Below, one piece after another: positions 43,976 through 53,237 of a stretch of DNA of 53,391 bases. The DNA comes from an uncultured Gammaproteobacteria bacterium (GTDB lineage Bacteria > Myxococcota_A > UBA9160 > SZUA-336). A model generated the notes under the pieces. That model searched no databases. It worked only from the letters and a program-made list of their open reading frames with translations, and was not told the origin of the DNA. The stretch spans positions 1 through 53,391 of the forward strand of contig CAXMNF010000049.1 in assembly GCA_964194645.1 (NCBI GenBank), given 5' to 3'. Within the stretch, counting starts at the first letter, position 1. Every line of letters begins with the position of its first letter. The translations under genes were made by a program, and so were the position numbers.

Positions 43976-45253
43976 GTGGAGCCTGAACCCGAGCGCCACG
44001 AGCAGGCCGAAGCCGACTTCCTGGCCGAGGCGCGCGCCAACCTGTCGCGGAACTACACGGCCCACCTGCTGCACGGACTGCTCGCGCAGACGGGCATGCG
44101 CCTGCTCCAGGCGCCGACCTTCCTGCCCTACTACCTGTTCCTGCTGTCCGGCTCCGAGCTGGTCGTCGGCCTGGCGCGCGGCGCCCAGGCGCTGGCCCAG
44201 GCGATCACTCCCGTGTTCAGTGCGACCTTGATCGAGCACCGGCCGCGCGTGCTGCGCATAGGCTTCGTGGTGGGCGGCCTGATGCGCGTGCAGGTGCTCG
44301 GCATCGCCCTGGCCGGCTTCCTCCTGCCCACCGAGTGGGCAGCGTTCGCGATCTGTGTGCTGCTCGGCTTGTTCGGCCTCTTCCTGGGCATGCAGGGGGT
44401 GATCTTCAGCTTCCTGATGTCGAAAGTGATCCCGGTGGACCTGCGCGGACGGCTGATGGGCCTGCGCAACTTCCTCGGCGGACTCACGGCTGCCTCCGTG
44501 GCAGGCTTCGGCGGCTGGCTGGTCTCACAGAACGCGCTCGGCAACGGCTACGCGGCCACGTTTCTGCTGGCCTTCGTGCTGACCTCGCTCGGCCTCGCAA
44601 TGCTCGGCCTGATGCGCGAACCCGCCGCGCCAAACCTGCGCCCACCCTCCAACGTGGCGGGCCGGCTCGCCGACCTGCCCGCCCTGCTGCGCAGCGACCG
44701 CGAGTTCACGGCGTACTTCCTGATCCGCGCGTTGGCGACCATGGGCCGCATGGCCCCGCCCTTCTACGTGATCTACGCCGCCGAGGTGCTGGGTGTCGAA
44801 ATGGGCGGCCTCGAGATCGGCGTGCTCACCATGGCTTGGATGCTCGCGATGACTGGGGCCAACCTGGTCTGGGGTTGGCTGGCCGACCGCAGCGGCTTCC
44901 GCGTGGTGTTCCTGGGCTCGGTCGGCGTATGGGTGGTCTCGGTGCTCGTGCTGATGTCCGCGAGCGGACTCAGCGATCTGGCCCTGGTGTTCGTCGGGAT
45001 CGGCGCGGGCATGGGTGGCTTCCAGCTGTCGAGCCAGAACCTGGTGCTCGAGTTCGGCTCGCGGCGCAACCTGCCGCTGCGCATCGCCGTAGCAAACACC
45101 GCCTCGGAGCTGATCGGCGCGATCGGGCCGATCCTGGGCGGCATCCTGGCGCTGACCGTCTCGTTCCTGCCGGTCTTCTGGACCGCAATCATCTGCCAGT
45201 CGGCGGCCTTCTTCCTGATGCTCACGTTCGTCCGAGAGCCGCGGCATCGTTGA
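43976..45253 (+). CDS. MFS transporter
   Basis: 425 aa with about 12 TM segments and an MFS-like loop motif RPRVLRIG. Confidence 0.75.
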   Translation: MEPEPERHEQAEADFLAEARANLSRNYTAHLLHGLLAQTGMRLLQAPTFLPYYLFLLSGSELVVGLARGAQALAQAITPVFSATLIEHRPRVLRIGFVVGGLMRVQVLGIALAGFLLPTEWAAFAICVLLGLFGLFLGMQGVIFSFLMSKVIPVDLRGRLMGLRNFLGGLTAASVAGFGGWLVSQNALGNGYAATFLLAFVLTSLGLAMLGLMREPAAPNLRPPSNVAGRLADLPALLRSDREFTAYFLIRALATMGRMAPPFYVIYAAEVLGVEMGGLEIGVLTMAWMLAMTGANLVWGWLADRSGFRVVFLGSVGVWVVSVLVLMSASGLSDLALVFVGIGAGMGGFQLSSQNLVLEFGSRRNLPLRIAVANTASELIGAIGPILGGILALTVSFLPVFWTAIICQSAAFFLMLTFVREPRHR

Positions 45254-45318
45254 GAGGTGGTGCCTCAGGCGCGGGAGCGATTCATGAACCCCGAGCGCTG
45301 AACGCCAGCACAGGGAAA

Positions 45319-45346
45319 GCGGAGGCCCGGCAGGGGACGCCTCCGC
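45319..45346. terminator. GC hairpin between convergent genes (8-bp stem gcggaggc / gcctccgc, 12-nt loop)
   Basis: Read directly. No U-tract follows, so a terminator role is uncertain. Confidence 0.3.
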
Positions 45347-45362
45347 ACGCCGCCACCCACCG

Positions 45363-46580
45363 CTAGAGGTCTCTCAGATACCCCCGATGAACGCTGGTAC
45401 AAAACTGCTCGACAGCCTCGACAGCCCAGAAAGCCCGCGCTGAGTGAAACATTTCGAAGGCGTGCTGCGCTCCGGGCAGCTCGGCGTAGAGCACCGGGTT
45501 CTGGCTCTTCTCGCGCAGCGCCTGGGCGAAGCGCCGGGCCGAGGCCACGGGCACGAGCGAGTCGGCGTCGCCGTGGATCACGAAGAAGGGCGGAGCATCG
45601 CTCGTGACGCGCGCCAGCGGCGACGCCTTCTCCCACTCCTCGGGCGCCTCGTCGTGCGAAGCCTTCAGCACCGAGCGCTCCAGCAGCTCCGGCAAGGCAT
45701 CGTTGTGCCGGTCGCCCTGGTGGTCGACGAAGTCGTACACGCCGTAGAACGGCACCGCGGCGCGTACGCGCGTGTCGACCTCCTCGAAGCCAGGCTGGTA
45801 CTCGGGATCGTTCGCCGTGAGCCCGACCAGCGCCGCGAGATGGCCGCCGGCCGAGCCGCCCGTCACGATGATGAAGTCCGGATCGCCGCCGTAGTCCGCG
45901 ACGTGCTCGCGCATCCAGCGGATCGCCTGCTTGCAGTCGATCAGGTGCTCGGGGAAGGTCGCGTGCGGACTCAGGCGGTAATCCGCGGACACGCACACCC
46001 AGCCGGCGGCGGCGAGCTGGTGCATGAGCGGCAGCGCCTGGTTCGTGCGGCTGCCGATGACCCAGGCGCCCCCGTGGATCTGCAGCAGGGCCGGCGCCCG
46101 AGTCGGCCGGGCGCGGCTGCGGTAGACGTCGAGCGACAGGTTCAGGCCCCGCGCGCGGTGGTAGTGGATGCCCCTGTGTTGCTCGACGTCCGGATGCCCG
46201 AGCGGCAGTGGCTGCAGCAAGCGCCGCCAGTCGGGATGGAGCGAGAGCGCCGGCTGCAGCTCGCGATCGAGCTCGCGCAGCGTCTGCTCCAGGATCGGCC
46301 GCACCTCGCGCGCGCGCAGCCAGGCGTAACCCAGCGCCGCCCACGACAGCAGGGTGAGGCCGAGCGCGAGCTGTCCCGCGCCGCTCTGCAGCACACCGGC
46401 CCACACGAAGCCGAGCGTGATCAGGGCCTGCGCGGCAACCCAGTGCAGCGCCAGCTCCCCGGTGATCCAGCCGGCCAGCCACGAAACCACGGCGAGCTGT
46501 TTGTGCCGTTGGATTGGAACGTACACGTTCAAGGTGAGAACGGCGCCGGCGACGCTCAGCAGCAGAAAAAGCCAGTCCAT
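45363..46580 (-). CDS. Alpha/beta hydrolase (esterase/lipase, HSL-like) with an N-terminal multi-TM anchor
   Basis: ATG 46580 with SD AGGAG. Oxyanion motif HGGAW, nucleophile motif GGSAGGH and C-terminal HGDAD and H motifs. Confidence 0.82.
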   Translation of the reverse strand: MDWLFLLLSVAGAVLTLNVYVPIQRHKQLAVVSWLAGWITGELALHWVAAQALITLGFVWAGVLQSGAGQLALGLTLLSWAALGYAWLRAREVRPILEQTLRELDRELQPALSLHPDWRRLLQPLPLGHPDVEQHRGIHYHRARGLNLSLDVYRSRARPTRAPALLQIHGGAWVIGSRTNQALPLMHQLAAAGWVCVSADYRLSPHATFPEHLIDCKQAIRWMREHVADYGGDPDFIIVTGGSAGGHLAALVGLTANDPEYQPGFEEVDTRVRAAVPFYGVYDFVDHQGDRHNDALPELLERSVLKASHDEAPEEWEKASPLARVTSDAPPFFVIHGDADSLVPVASARRFAQALREKSQNPVLYAELPGAQHAFEMFHSARAFWAVEAVEQFCTSVHRGYLRDL

Positions 46581-46650
46581 GTCGGATACTCCTGTTCGCG
46601 GGGCGGGGACCCGATCCGTGAAGGTACCACCCGACCCGGAGGCGCCCAGC

Positions 46651-47121
46651 ATGACAGCACGATCCGCAGCCGCAAGCCTGGCGCTGCTGGCGCTCGTGGC
46701 GGCCTGTTCCGAGCCCGTCACGACACCCGACCAGCAGATTCGCGCGACTTTCGCGGAAATCGAGCGGGCCTCGCGCGCCGGGGACGTGACGGTCCTGAAG
46801 GACTTCGTGTCGGCTCGCTACCGGGACGCTCACGGCCGCACCAAGAACGACCTGCACTCGCTGATCCGCTATCAGTACTTTCGACATAAGAAGGTGTATC
46901 TCCTGACGCGCATCGAGGAGCTCGAGATCGCGGACGACGGCACGGCCCGCACCACCGTGCTCGGCGCCATGGCCAGCGCCCCGGTCGAGGACCCGGCCCA
47001 GCTGCGCACCGTTCGGGCCGACGTGTACCGCTTCGACCTCGAACTGCTCGACGAAGGCGGCGGTGAGTGGAAGGTGCTCTCCGGCGATTGGCGACCCGCG
47101 GGCCTCGACGACTTCCTCTAG
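46651..47121 (+). CDS. Hypothetical lipoprotein (possibly SnoaL/NTF2-like fold)
   Basis: Signal peptide and lipobox LVAAC. SD GGAGG 7 nt upstream. Confidence 0.6.
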   Translation: MTARSAAASLALLALVAACSEPVTTPDQQIRATFAEIERASRAGDVTVLKDFVSARYRDAHGRTKNDLHSLIRYQYFRHKKVYLLTRIEELEIADDGTARTTVLGAMASAPVEDPAQLRTVRADVYRFDLELLDEGGGEWKVLSGDWRPAGLDDFL

Positions 47122-47192
47122 CAGCTCCAGGCCCTTGCGATTGACTCTCCGAACGGCTCGTTGTTAGATGGGCGGGTCGGAAGGAGGCGTGC

Positions 47193-48404
47193 ATGGACCT
47201 GCGCTACACCGAGGCCTACGAGTCGTTCCGCGCGGAGGTGAAGAGCTTCCTGGCCGACAACTGGCCGCTTTCCGGTGATGCGGCCCAGCTCGACGGCGCC
47301 GCCCAGGCCGTCGAGTTTCGCGCGCGGGCCACCGCTGCCGGCTACTACGCGCGCGCCGTCCCGAGGCTCTACGGCGGCTCCGAGCAGCAGCCCGACTCGC
47401 TCAAGGCCGCGATCATCCAGGAGGAGTTCGCGAAGCACCGAGCCCTGCCCGAAGCCACGGGCCTGGGCCCGAACCTGCTGGTGCCGACCCTGCTGGACCA
47501 CGGCGTGGAGTGGCAGAAGGAGCGCTTCATCCAGCCGACGATCCGCGGCGAGATCAGCTGGTGCCAGGGCTACAGCGAGCCGGGCTCCGGCAGCGACCTG
47601 GCCTCGCTGCAGACGCGCGGTGAGCTCGCCGGAGACGAGTGGCTGATCAACGGGCAGAAGATCTGGACCAGCGGCGCACAGGCCGCGGACTACATGTTCT
47701 GCCTGTGCCGCACGGAGCCGGATGTGCCCAAGCACGCCGGCATCTCGTACTTGCTGATCGACATGAAGCAGGACGGAGTCGAAGTGTCGCCGCTCAAGCA
47801 GATGACCGGGGGCTCGACCTTCAGCCAGGTCTTCCTGCGCGACGTGCGCACTCCGGCCGACTGGATCGTGGGAAAGCGCGGCGAGGGCTGGATCGTGTCG
47901 CGCTCGACGCTCAAGCACGAGCGCAACATGATCGGCAACGCGGCGCGCGCCCGGCAGCAGTTCGATGCCCTGCTGCGCCTGGCGCACGAGAGCCAGTGCG
48001 ACGGACGGCCGGCGCTCGAAGATCCGGCGCTGCGCCAGCGTCTGGCGCGGCTGGAGGGTTACGTCACGTCGCACCAGTACTCGGGCTACCGGCAGCTCAC
48101 CAGCGCGGCGCGCGGTACATCCCCGGGCATCGTGCAATCGATGAACAAGCTGGTCACCACGAACGTCGGCCACGAAGTCGCCAAGATCGCCCTCGACTTG
48201 ATCGCGGATAGCGCCTTGCTGGCGCCCGCGCCGGGAGCGCGAGACATGCGGCCCGTGCCTCGCGAGGGGCGTGGCTGGGTGGTGCAGTACATGGCGTCGC
48301 TCGGCTCCGCGATCGCGGGCGGTACCGCCAACATCCAGCGAAACATCATCGCGGAGCGGGGCCTCGGCCTGCCGCGGGACGCAGCCGCGCAGACGAGCCA
48401 GTAG
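47193..48404 (+). CDS. Acyl-CoA dehydrogenase
   Basis: Motif WCQGYSEPGSGSDLASL, with NGQKIWTSGA and a C-terminal QRNIIAER-type helix. Confidence 0.9.
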   Translation: MDLRYTEAYESFRAEVKSFLADNWPLSGDAAQLDGAAQAVEFRARATAAGYYARAVPRLYGGSEQQPDSLKAAIIQEEFAKHRALPEATGLGPNLLVPTLLDHGVEWQKERFIQPTIRGEISWCQGYSEPGSGSDLASLQTRGELAGDEWLINGQKIWTSGAQAADYMFCLCRTEPDVPKHAGISYLLIDMKQDGVEVSPLKQMTGGSTFSQVFLRDVRTPADWIVGKRGEGWIVSRSTLKHERNMIGNAARARQQFDALLRLAHESQCDGRPALEDPALRQRLARLEGYVTSHQYSGYRQLTSAARGTSPGIVQSMNKLVTTNVGHEVAKIALDLIADSALLAPAPGARDMRPVPREGRGWVVQYMASLGSAIAGGTANIQRNIIAERGLGLPRDAAAQTSQ

Positions 48405-48406
48405 CC

Positions 48407-49000
48407 ATGGGCCGCGGAAACCAGCGCACTCGGGCCAAGCGGGAGACACGCCAGGCGCTGCTCCAGGCCGGCCTGGCCGAGGTGGTCGAGAAGGGGCTCG
48501 ACGGGCCCAGCCTCGACGCGATCTGCGCGCGGGCAGGGTTCACGCGAGGCGCGTTCTACGTGCACTTCGCGAACCGCGACGACTTCGTGGCGCAGTTGAT
48601 GGACTGGGTGTTCTCTGGCTTCCTCGACTCGATCGTGACCGCGTCGAGCGGCGACGGCAGCCTGCGCGACGTGGTCGACCGCTTCCTGGCGGCGCTCGAC
48701 TCGGACCAGCTGCCGCTGTCACGCCTGGGCGCCCGGCTGCCCCAGCTGCTCGAGGCGTCCTACCGGCTGCCGCAGGTGCGCGAGCGCATTCGCGGCCTGA
48801 TCCTCGAGGCGATCGAGCGGGTCGGCAAGCGCGCACTCGAAGACCAGCAGCGCGGACAGGTGCGCCTCGACGTCGATCCCGAATGCCAGGCGACCGTGCT
48901 GGTCGCGGCCGCCCTGGGCGGCATGGTGATGCGCGACGCGGGCGTCCCGCTCGAGCTCGCTCCGCTGCGCGATGCCGTACTGCGCGGGCTCAAGCCCTAG
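48407..49000 (+). CDS. TetR/AcrR-family transcriptional regulator
   Basis: HTH region LDAICARAGFTRGAFYVHFANRDDF. Confidence 0.88.
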   Translation: MGRGNQRTRAKRETRQALLQAGLAEVVEKGLDGPSLDAICARAGFTRGAFYVHFANRDDFVAQLMDWVFSGFLDSIVTASSGDGSLRDVVDRFLAALDSDQLPLSRLGARLPQLLEASYRLPQVRERIRGLILEAIERVGKRALEDQQRGQVRLDVDPECQATVLVAAALGGMVMRDAGVPLELAPLRDAVLRGLKP

Positions 49001-49006
49001 GCACAA

Positions 49007-49546
49007 GTGCACCACGAGATCGAGCTCGAGGGGCCCGGTTTCCGGCTGCGGCACTGGCGGCGCGGCGACGAAGCCGCGCTCCTGCGCTACGCAAACAACC
49101 GGAAGGTGTGGCTGAACCTGAGGGACCGCTTCCCCCACCCCTACGACTCCGCGGCCGCGCGTTGGTGGATCGACCTTCAGGAGAGCGGCGGCGGTCCGGA
49201 ATACGCCTTCGCGATCGAGCTGGACTGCGAGGCGGTCGGCGGAATCGGAGTGTCGCCACACGATGACGTGGCGGTGAAGACGGCCGAGATCGGCTACTGG
49301 ATCGGCGAGCCCTTCTGGAGCCGGGGCATCGCCACCGAGGCTCTACGGCTGCTGACCGACTGGGCCTTCGCAGCACCCGACCTCGACCTGGTGCGCCTCG
49401 AGGCCCACGTTTTCGCCTGGAACGCGGCCTCGGCACGCGTGCTCGAAAAGGCCGGCTACGAGCGCGAGGCGCTGCTGCGCAAGAGCGTGTACAAGGACGG
49501 TCAGCTGATCGACAGCTTCCTGTACGCGATCGTCCGCCAGAACTAG
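49007..49546 (+). CDS. GNAT family N-acetyltransferase (RimJ/RimL-like)
   Basis: Motifs LRHWRRGD, GYWIGEPFWSRGIATEA and N.AS.RVLEKAGY. Confidence 0.85.
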   Translation: MHHEIELEGPGFRLRHWRRGDEAALLRYANNRKVWLNLRDRFPHPYDSAAARWWIDLQESGGGPEYAFAIELDCEAVGGIGVSPHDDVAVKTAEIGYWIGEPFWSRGIATEALRLLTDWAFAAPDLDLVRLEAHVFAWNAASARVLEKAGYEREALLRKSVYKDGQLIDSFLYAIVRQN

Positions 49547-49555
49547 CTGTCGGAC

Positions 49556-49978
49556 CTAAGCCCGGAGCTTCTCGACCAGGCGCAGCAGACGGCGCCGCTC
49601 GACCACCACAGTGAGCGCCACCAGGCCCATCAAGCAGACCAGGCTGCCGATGAAGATGCGCAGCATCATCACCATGGTGCCGGCGCTGAAGATCATGCCG
49701 CGGCGCACGCCGTCGATCAGCCAGCGCTCGACCTGCGTCTCCGGCTTGATCCGGTCGAGCGTGTTCTGGTAGCCGTCGTACAGAAAGGCCAGCTGCGCAA
49801 TCGGTCCGTCGAAGCTGGCCTGTGTGCGCGGATCGACCCGCCAATCGAACAGGTACAGCGCCCAGCAGACGTAGGCCGCGCCGAGTAGCGCGAGCACCAC
49901 GCCGACCCCAGCAGCGATCTTCTGCGTGCGGCCGAGGCGCGCGAGAAAGGCCGCTTCGGGTTGGGACAGCTCTGCCAT
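49556..49978 (-). CDS. Hypothetical membrane protein (2-3 TM)
   Basis: Hydrophobic segments. The start lies 2 nt after the ATL stop. No recognisable domain. Confidence 0.55.
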   Translation of the reverse strand: MAELSQPEAAFLARLGRTQKIAAGVGVVLALLGAAYVCWALYLFDWRVDPRTQASFDGPIAQLAFLYDGYQNTLDRIKPETQVERWLIDGVRRGMIFSAGTMVMMLRIFIGSLVCLMGLVALTVVVERRRLLRLVEKLRA

Positions 49979-49980
49979 GT

Positions 49981-50322
49981 CTAGCCCAACCCCCTCACCC
50001 AGCGGTAGCGTGCCAGCGGCACCCGCCCTTCTGTATCGAACCGGACGCCCTCGCGCTCGAGCAGCTCGCGCTGGGTCAGCTCGGGCCCCTCGAACGAGCG
50101 CAGGCTGATCGCGCCGCGCGCGTTGATCACGCGCTGCCAGGGGACGTCGTCCTCGGCGAGCGCGTGCAGCGCATAGCCGACCAGGCGGGCCTGTCCGGAC
50201 AGGCCCGCCAACTTGGCCACCTGACCGTAGGTGGCGACGCGGCCGCGCGGAATGCGCCGTACGACCCGGTAGATGCGGCGATAGCGGTCGGTCAGTGGCG
50301 GACCCCCATTCCGCAGTAGCAT
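49981..50322 (-). CDS. Alkyltransferase-like (ATL) protein: MGMT-family DNA-binding domain lacking the acceptor cysteine
   Basis: Motifs IPRGRVATYGQVA and PWQRVIN (Trp in place of the Cys of PCHRV). The start could be 50322 or 50334. Confidence 0.8.
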   Translation of the reverse strand: MLLRNGGPPLTDRYRRIYRVVRRIPRGRVATYGQVAKLAGLSGQARLVGYALHALAEDDVPWQRVINARGAISLRSFEGPELTQRELLEREGVRFDTEGRVPLARYRWVRGLG

Positions 50323-50332
50323 AGCCCCTCCC

Positions 50333-51187
50333 ATGGTCCGGATCGGCAAGATGTGCGGAGCCTTGGCGCTCGCTCTCCTAGTGGCCGCAGCAACGTCTGC
50401 GCGAGCCGCCGAGTCGTTCACGTTTCGCTATGCACCGCCGCCCGACACCCGCTGGATCCTGGTGCTCGATCACAGCCAACTCCTGGAGCTGGCCGGCAGG
50501 GCGCGCCAGTCGAGCGAAATCGAGTCGCGCACACGATTCGCGGTCACGCCCGACGAGGACGGCTACCGCGTGACCTCGAAGCCGCTCTCGGTGCGCATGA
50601 CGCGGGACGGCCGGACCGTGGAGGATCCGGTCCTGCAGGCGCTGCGCGACGTGGTGACCGTTCATCGCCTCGACTCCGCCGGGCGGCTGGTCGCGGTGGA
50701 GGGCTACGAGGGCCTGGCCGAGCGGCTGCGCGCACGCTTCCCGGAGCAGGTCACGCAGGCGCTGGCCGGCGCGCTAGACGAACAGGCGCTCGCCGCGCAG
50801 GAGCGCGCGGAGTGGGAGGGACGGATCGGCGGCCTGCTGGGCCGTACGGTCAGCCTGGGCGAGGTGCTGCGCGGCAAGACGCGCCTCCGCGTGGCGGGGC
50901 GCGAGATTTCCTGCGACGTCGAGACGCGCATCACGGAACGCGTAGCGTGCGGCGCGAGCCAATGTCTGCGCGTCAAGAGCGTCTACCGGGACCAAGCGCC
51001 GGAACAGCTCCTGGCGGGCGGCCTGCGTGTGTCGGGCGAGACCGAGCGGCTGATCGACCCCGACACCATGTTGATCTACGCCGAGTCGATGGCGCGCATC
51101 ACCGAGACTCAGGTCGAGCAGCCCGACCAGGGCGCGGTTCGCGCGGTCATGACCGAGCGGCGCACCTACCGCTACGAGTACGAGTAG
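50333..51187 (+). CDS. Hypothetical secreted protein
   Basis: Signal peptide LALALLVAAATSARA-AE. No recognisable domain. Confidence 0.6.
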   Translation: MVRIGKMCGALALALLVAAATSARAAESFTFRYAPPPDTRWILVLDHSQLLELAGRARQSSEIESRTRFAVTPDEDGYRVTSKPLSVRMTRDGRTVEDPVLQALRDVVTVHRLDSAGRLVAVEGYEGLAERLRARFPEQVTQALAGALDEQALAAQERAEWEGRIGGLLGRTVSLGEVLRGKTRLRVAGREISCDVETRITERVACGASQCLRVKSVYRDQAPEQLLAGGLRVSGETERLIDPDTMLIYAESMARITETQVEQPDQGAVRAVMTERRTYRYEYE

Positions 51188-51188
51188 A

Positions 51189-52031
51189 CTAGCGCTCGTA
51201 CTTGGCGGCCAGTTCGAGCTGCTCGGAGACGCCGAGCAGCTCGAGCATGTCGGCGAAGCGCCGTGCGTCGCCGGTATCGCCGAGCGCACCGCTCCGGCCG
51301 AGTTCGTCGAACACCCCGCGCACGGCGCTGAAGACCGCGCCGAGCGTGGCGCTGTGGATCATCAGCCTGAAGCCGCGCTGCTCGATCTCGGCCGTGGGCA
51401 GCAGCTGGCCGTTGTAGAGCAGCGGCAGGTCGCCGAGCCGTCGGCCGTACTCGTCCAGGTCCTCGAGCGTGCGGATGCCGTCCACGAACACCAGATCGGC
51501 CCCCGCCTCCAGGTAGGAGCGGGCGCGGCGCTCGACCTCTTCCCAGCCGTGCGGCTGCAGCGCATCGGTGCGGCCGATGATCACGAAGGCGGGATCGCGC
51601 CGCGCGTCGCAGGCGGCGCGCAGCTTGGCCAACATCTGCGGAAGCGGGATCACTTCCTTGCCCTCGAGGAAGCCGCAGCGCTTCGGCCAGACCTGGTCCT
51701 CGAGGTGCAATGCGGCGGCGCCGGCGTCCTCGTACTCGCGGACCGTGCGCATCACGTTGAGCGCGTTGCCATAGCCGGTGTCCGCGTCACAGATCACCGG
51801 CACGTCCACGGCGCCCGCGATCCAGCGCACGTTCTGCACCATCTCAGAGAACGTGAGCAGGCCCAGGTCCGGATAGCCGCGCGCGGCCGCCGTGCCGAAG
51901 CCGGTCATGTAGACCGCCTCGAAGCCCGCGGACTGGGCGAGCTTGGCCTGCAGGGCGTCGTACAGGAATGGCGCCACCAAGAGCCCTTCACCGTCCAGCC
52001 GTTCGCGCAGCATCCGCGCCGCCTGGGTCAT
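51189..52031 (-). CDS. Isocitrate lyase/PEP mutase family enzyme (2-methylisocitrate lyase / carboxyvinyl-carboxyphosphonate phosphorylmutase / oxaloacetate decarboxylase-like)
   Basis: Motifs ICDADTGYG, LEDQVWPKRCGFLEGK and GRTDA. SD AGGAGGG. Confidence 0.85.
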   Translation of the reverse strand: MTQAARMLRERLDGEGLLVAPFLYDALQAKLAQSAGFEAVYMTGFGTAAARGYPDLGLLTFSEMVQNVRWIAGAVDVPVICDADTGYGNALNVMRTVREYEDAGAAALHLEDQVWPKRCGFLEGKEVIPLPQMLAKLRAACDARRDPAFVIIGRTDALQPHGWEEVERRARSYLEAGADLVFVDGIRTLEDLDEYGRRLGDLPLLYNGQLLPTAEIEQRGFRLMIHSATLGAVFSAVRGVFDELGRSGALGDTGDARRFADMLELLGVSEQLELAAKYER

Positions 52032-52136
52032 GGTCGCGCCCTCCTAGTTCGGCCGGGATCCTAACGGATGGGCCGCCGCTGAATCTTGACAGATTAGTAC
52101 AGTTTGATACCCGTCCTGATCGAGACAGGAGGCTCC

Positions 52137-53237
52137 ATGGCGCAGCTGACCGAGGGCGAGGTGCTGAACGCGCTGCGTCCGATCGTCGACCCCGACTTCA
52201 AGCGCTCGATCGTCGATCTCGGCTTCGTGAAGGGCATCGCCATCGAGGGCGGGCGCGTGTCGTTCGGCATCGAACTGACCACGCCGGCCTGCCCGGTGAA
52301 GGAGCAGTTCAAGCAGGCGGCCGAGCAGGCGGTGGGCGCGCTCGCGGGCGTGGAAGAGGTGGCGGTCACGATGACGGCCAACACGCGCGGCTCGCGCGCC
52401 TCGTCCGCGGGCGACCAGGCCGAGGGCCTGAAGGATGTGCGCAACATCGTGGCTGTGGCCAGCGGCAAGGGCGGGGTCGGCAAGTCGACGATCGCCGCGA
52501 ACCTGGCCGTGGCGCTGCGCAAGAGCGGCGCGAAGGTCGGTCTGCTCGATTGCGACGTGTACGGGCCGAGCGTGCCGCTGATGATGGCCACGCACGGCGA
52601 GCCGCAGGTCACTCCCGAGCGCAAGATCGTTCCCAAGGAAGGCCACGGTCTGAAACTGATGTCGATCGGCTTCCTGACCGGCGAAGGGGCGCCCGTGATC
52701 TGGCGCGGGCCGATGGTGCACGGGGTCGTCAAGCAATTCCTCTCCGACGTGGAATGGGGCGACCTGGACTACCTGATCGTCGACATGCCGCCGGGCACGG
52801 GCGACGCGGCGCTGACGCTCACCCAGATTGCGCCGCTCTCGGGCGCGGTGATCGTGACGACCCCGCAGGAGGTCGCGCTGATCGATGCGCGCAAGGGCCT
52901 GGCGATGTTCCAGCGCGTGAAGGTGCCGGTGCTCGGCATCGTCGAGAACATGAGCTGGTTCGAGTGCTCCGGCTGTGGCAAGCGCCACGCGCTGTTCGGC
53001 TCGGACGGCGCGGCGCGCGCCGCGCAGGAACTGGGCGTGCCGCTGCTCGGCCAGGTGCCGGTCCAGCCCGACGTCGTGACTGCGGGCGACGAGGGCTTGC
53101 CCACCGTGCTGTCGGCTCCGGACTCGCCCGCGGCGCTCGCCCTGACGGAGCTTGCCGGGAAGGTGGCGCGCGGCCTCTCGGTCCTGAACGCGGACCCCGC
53201 CCCGGTCCTGCACGAGATCGCCTGGTCCGAGTCTTAG
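52137..53237 (+). CDS. apbC: Mrp/NBP35/ApbC-family Fe-S cluster carrier ATPase with an N-terminal MIP18/DUF59 domain
   Basis: Motifs IVDPDFKRSIVDLGFV, SGKGGVGKST, DMPPGTGD and the CxxC motif CSGCG. Confidence 0.9.
   Translation: MAQLTEGEVLNALRPIVDPDFKRSIVDLGFVKGIAIEGGRVSFGIELTTPACPVKEQFKQAAEQAVGALAGVEEVAVTMTANTRGSRASSAGDQAEGLKDVRNIVAVASGKGGVGKSTIAANLAVALRKSGAKVGLLDCDVYGPSVPLMMATHGEPQVTPERKIVPKEGHGLKLMSIGFLTGEGAPVIWRGPMVHGVVKQFLSDVEWGDLDYLIVDMPPGTGDAALTLTQIAPLSGAVIVTTPQEVALIDARKGLAMFQRVKVPVLGIVENMSWFECSGCGKRHALFGSDGAARAAQELGVPLLGQVPVQPDVVTAGDEGLPTVLSAPDSPAALALTELAGKVARGLSVLNADPAPVLHEIAWSES

Noticed and set aside
52086-52113. Sigma70 promoter for apbC, based on a perfect TTGACA at 52086-52091.
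   Set aside because: No acceptable -10 hexamer lies at 16-18 nt spacing (the best candidates are gatacc and tacccg). The region is AT-rich and probably regulatory, but I cannot define the promoter.
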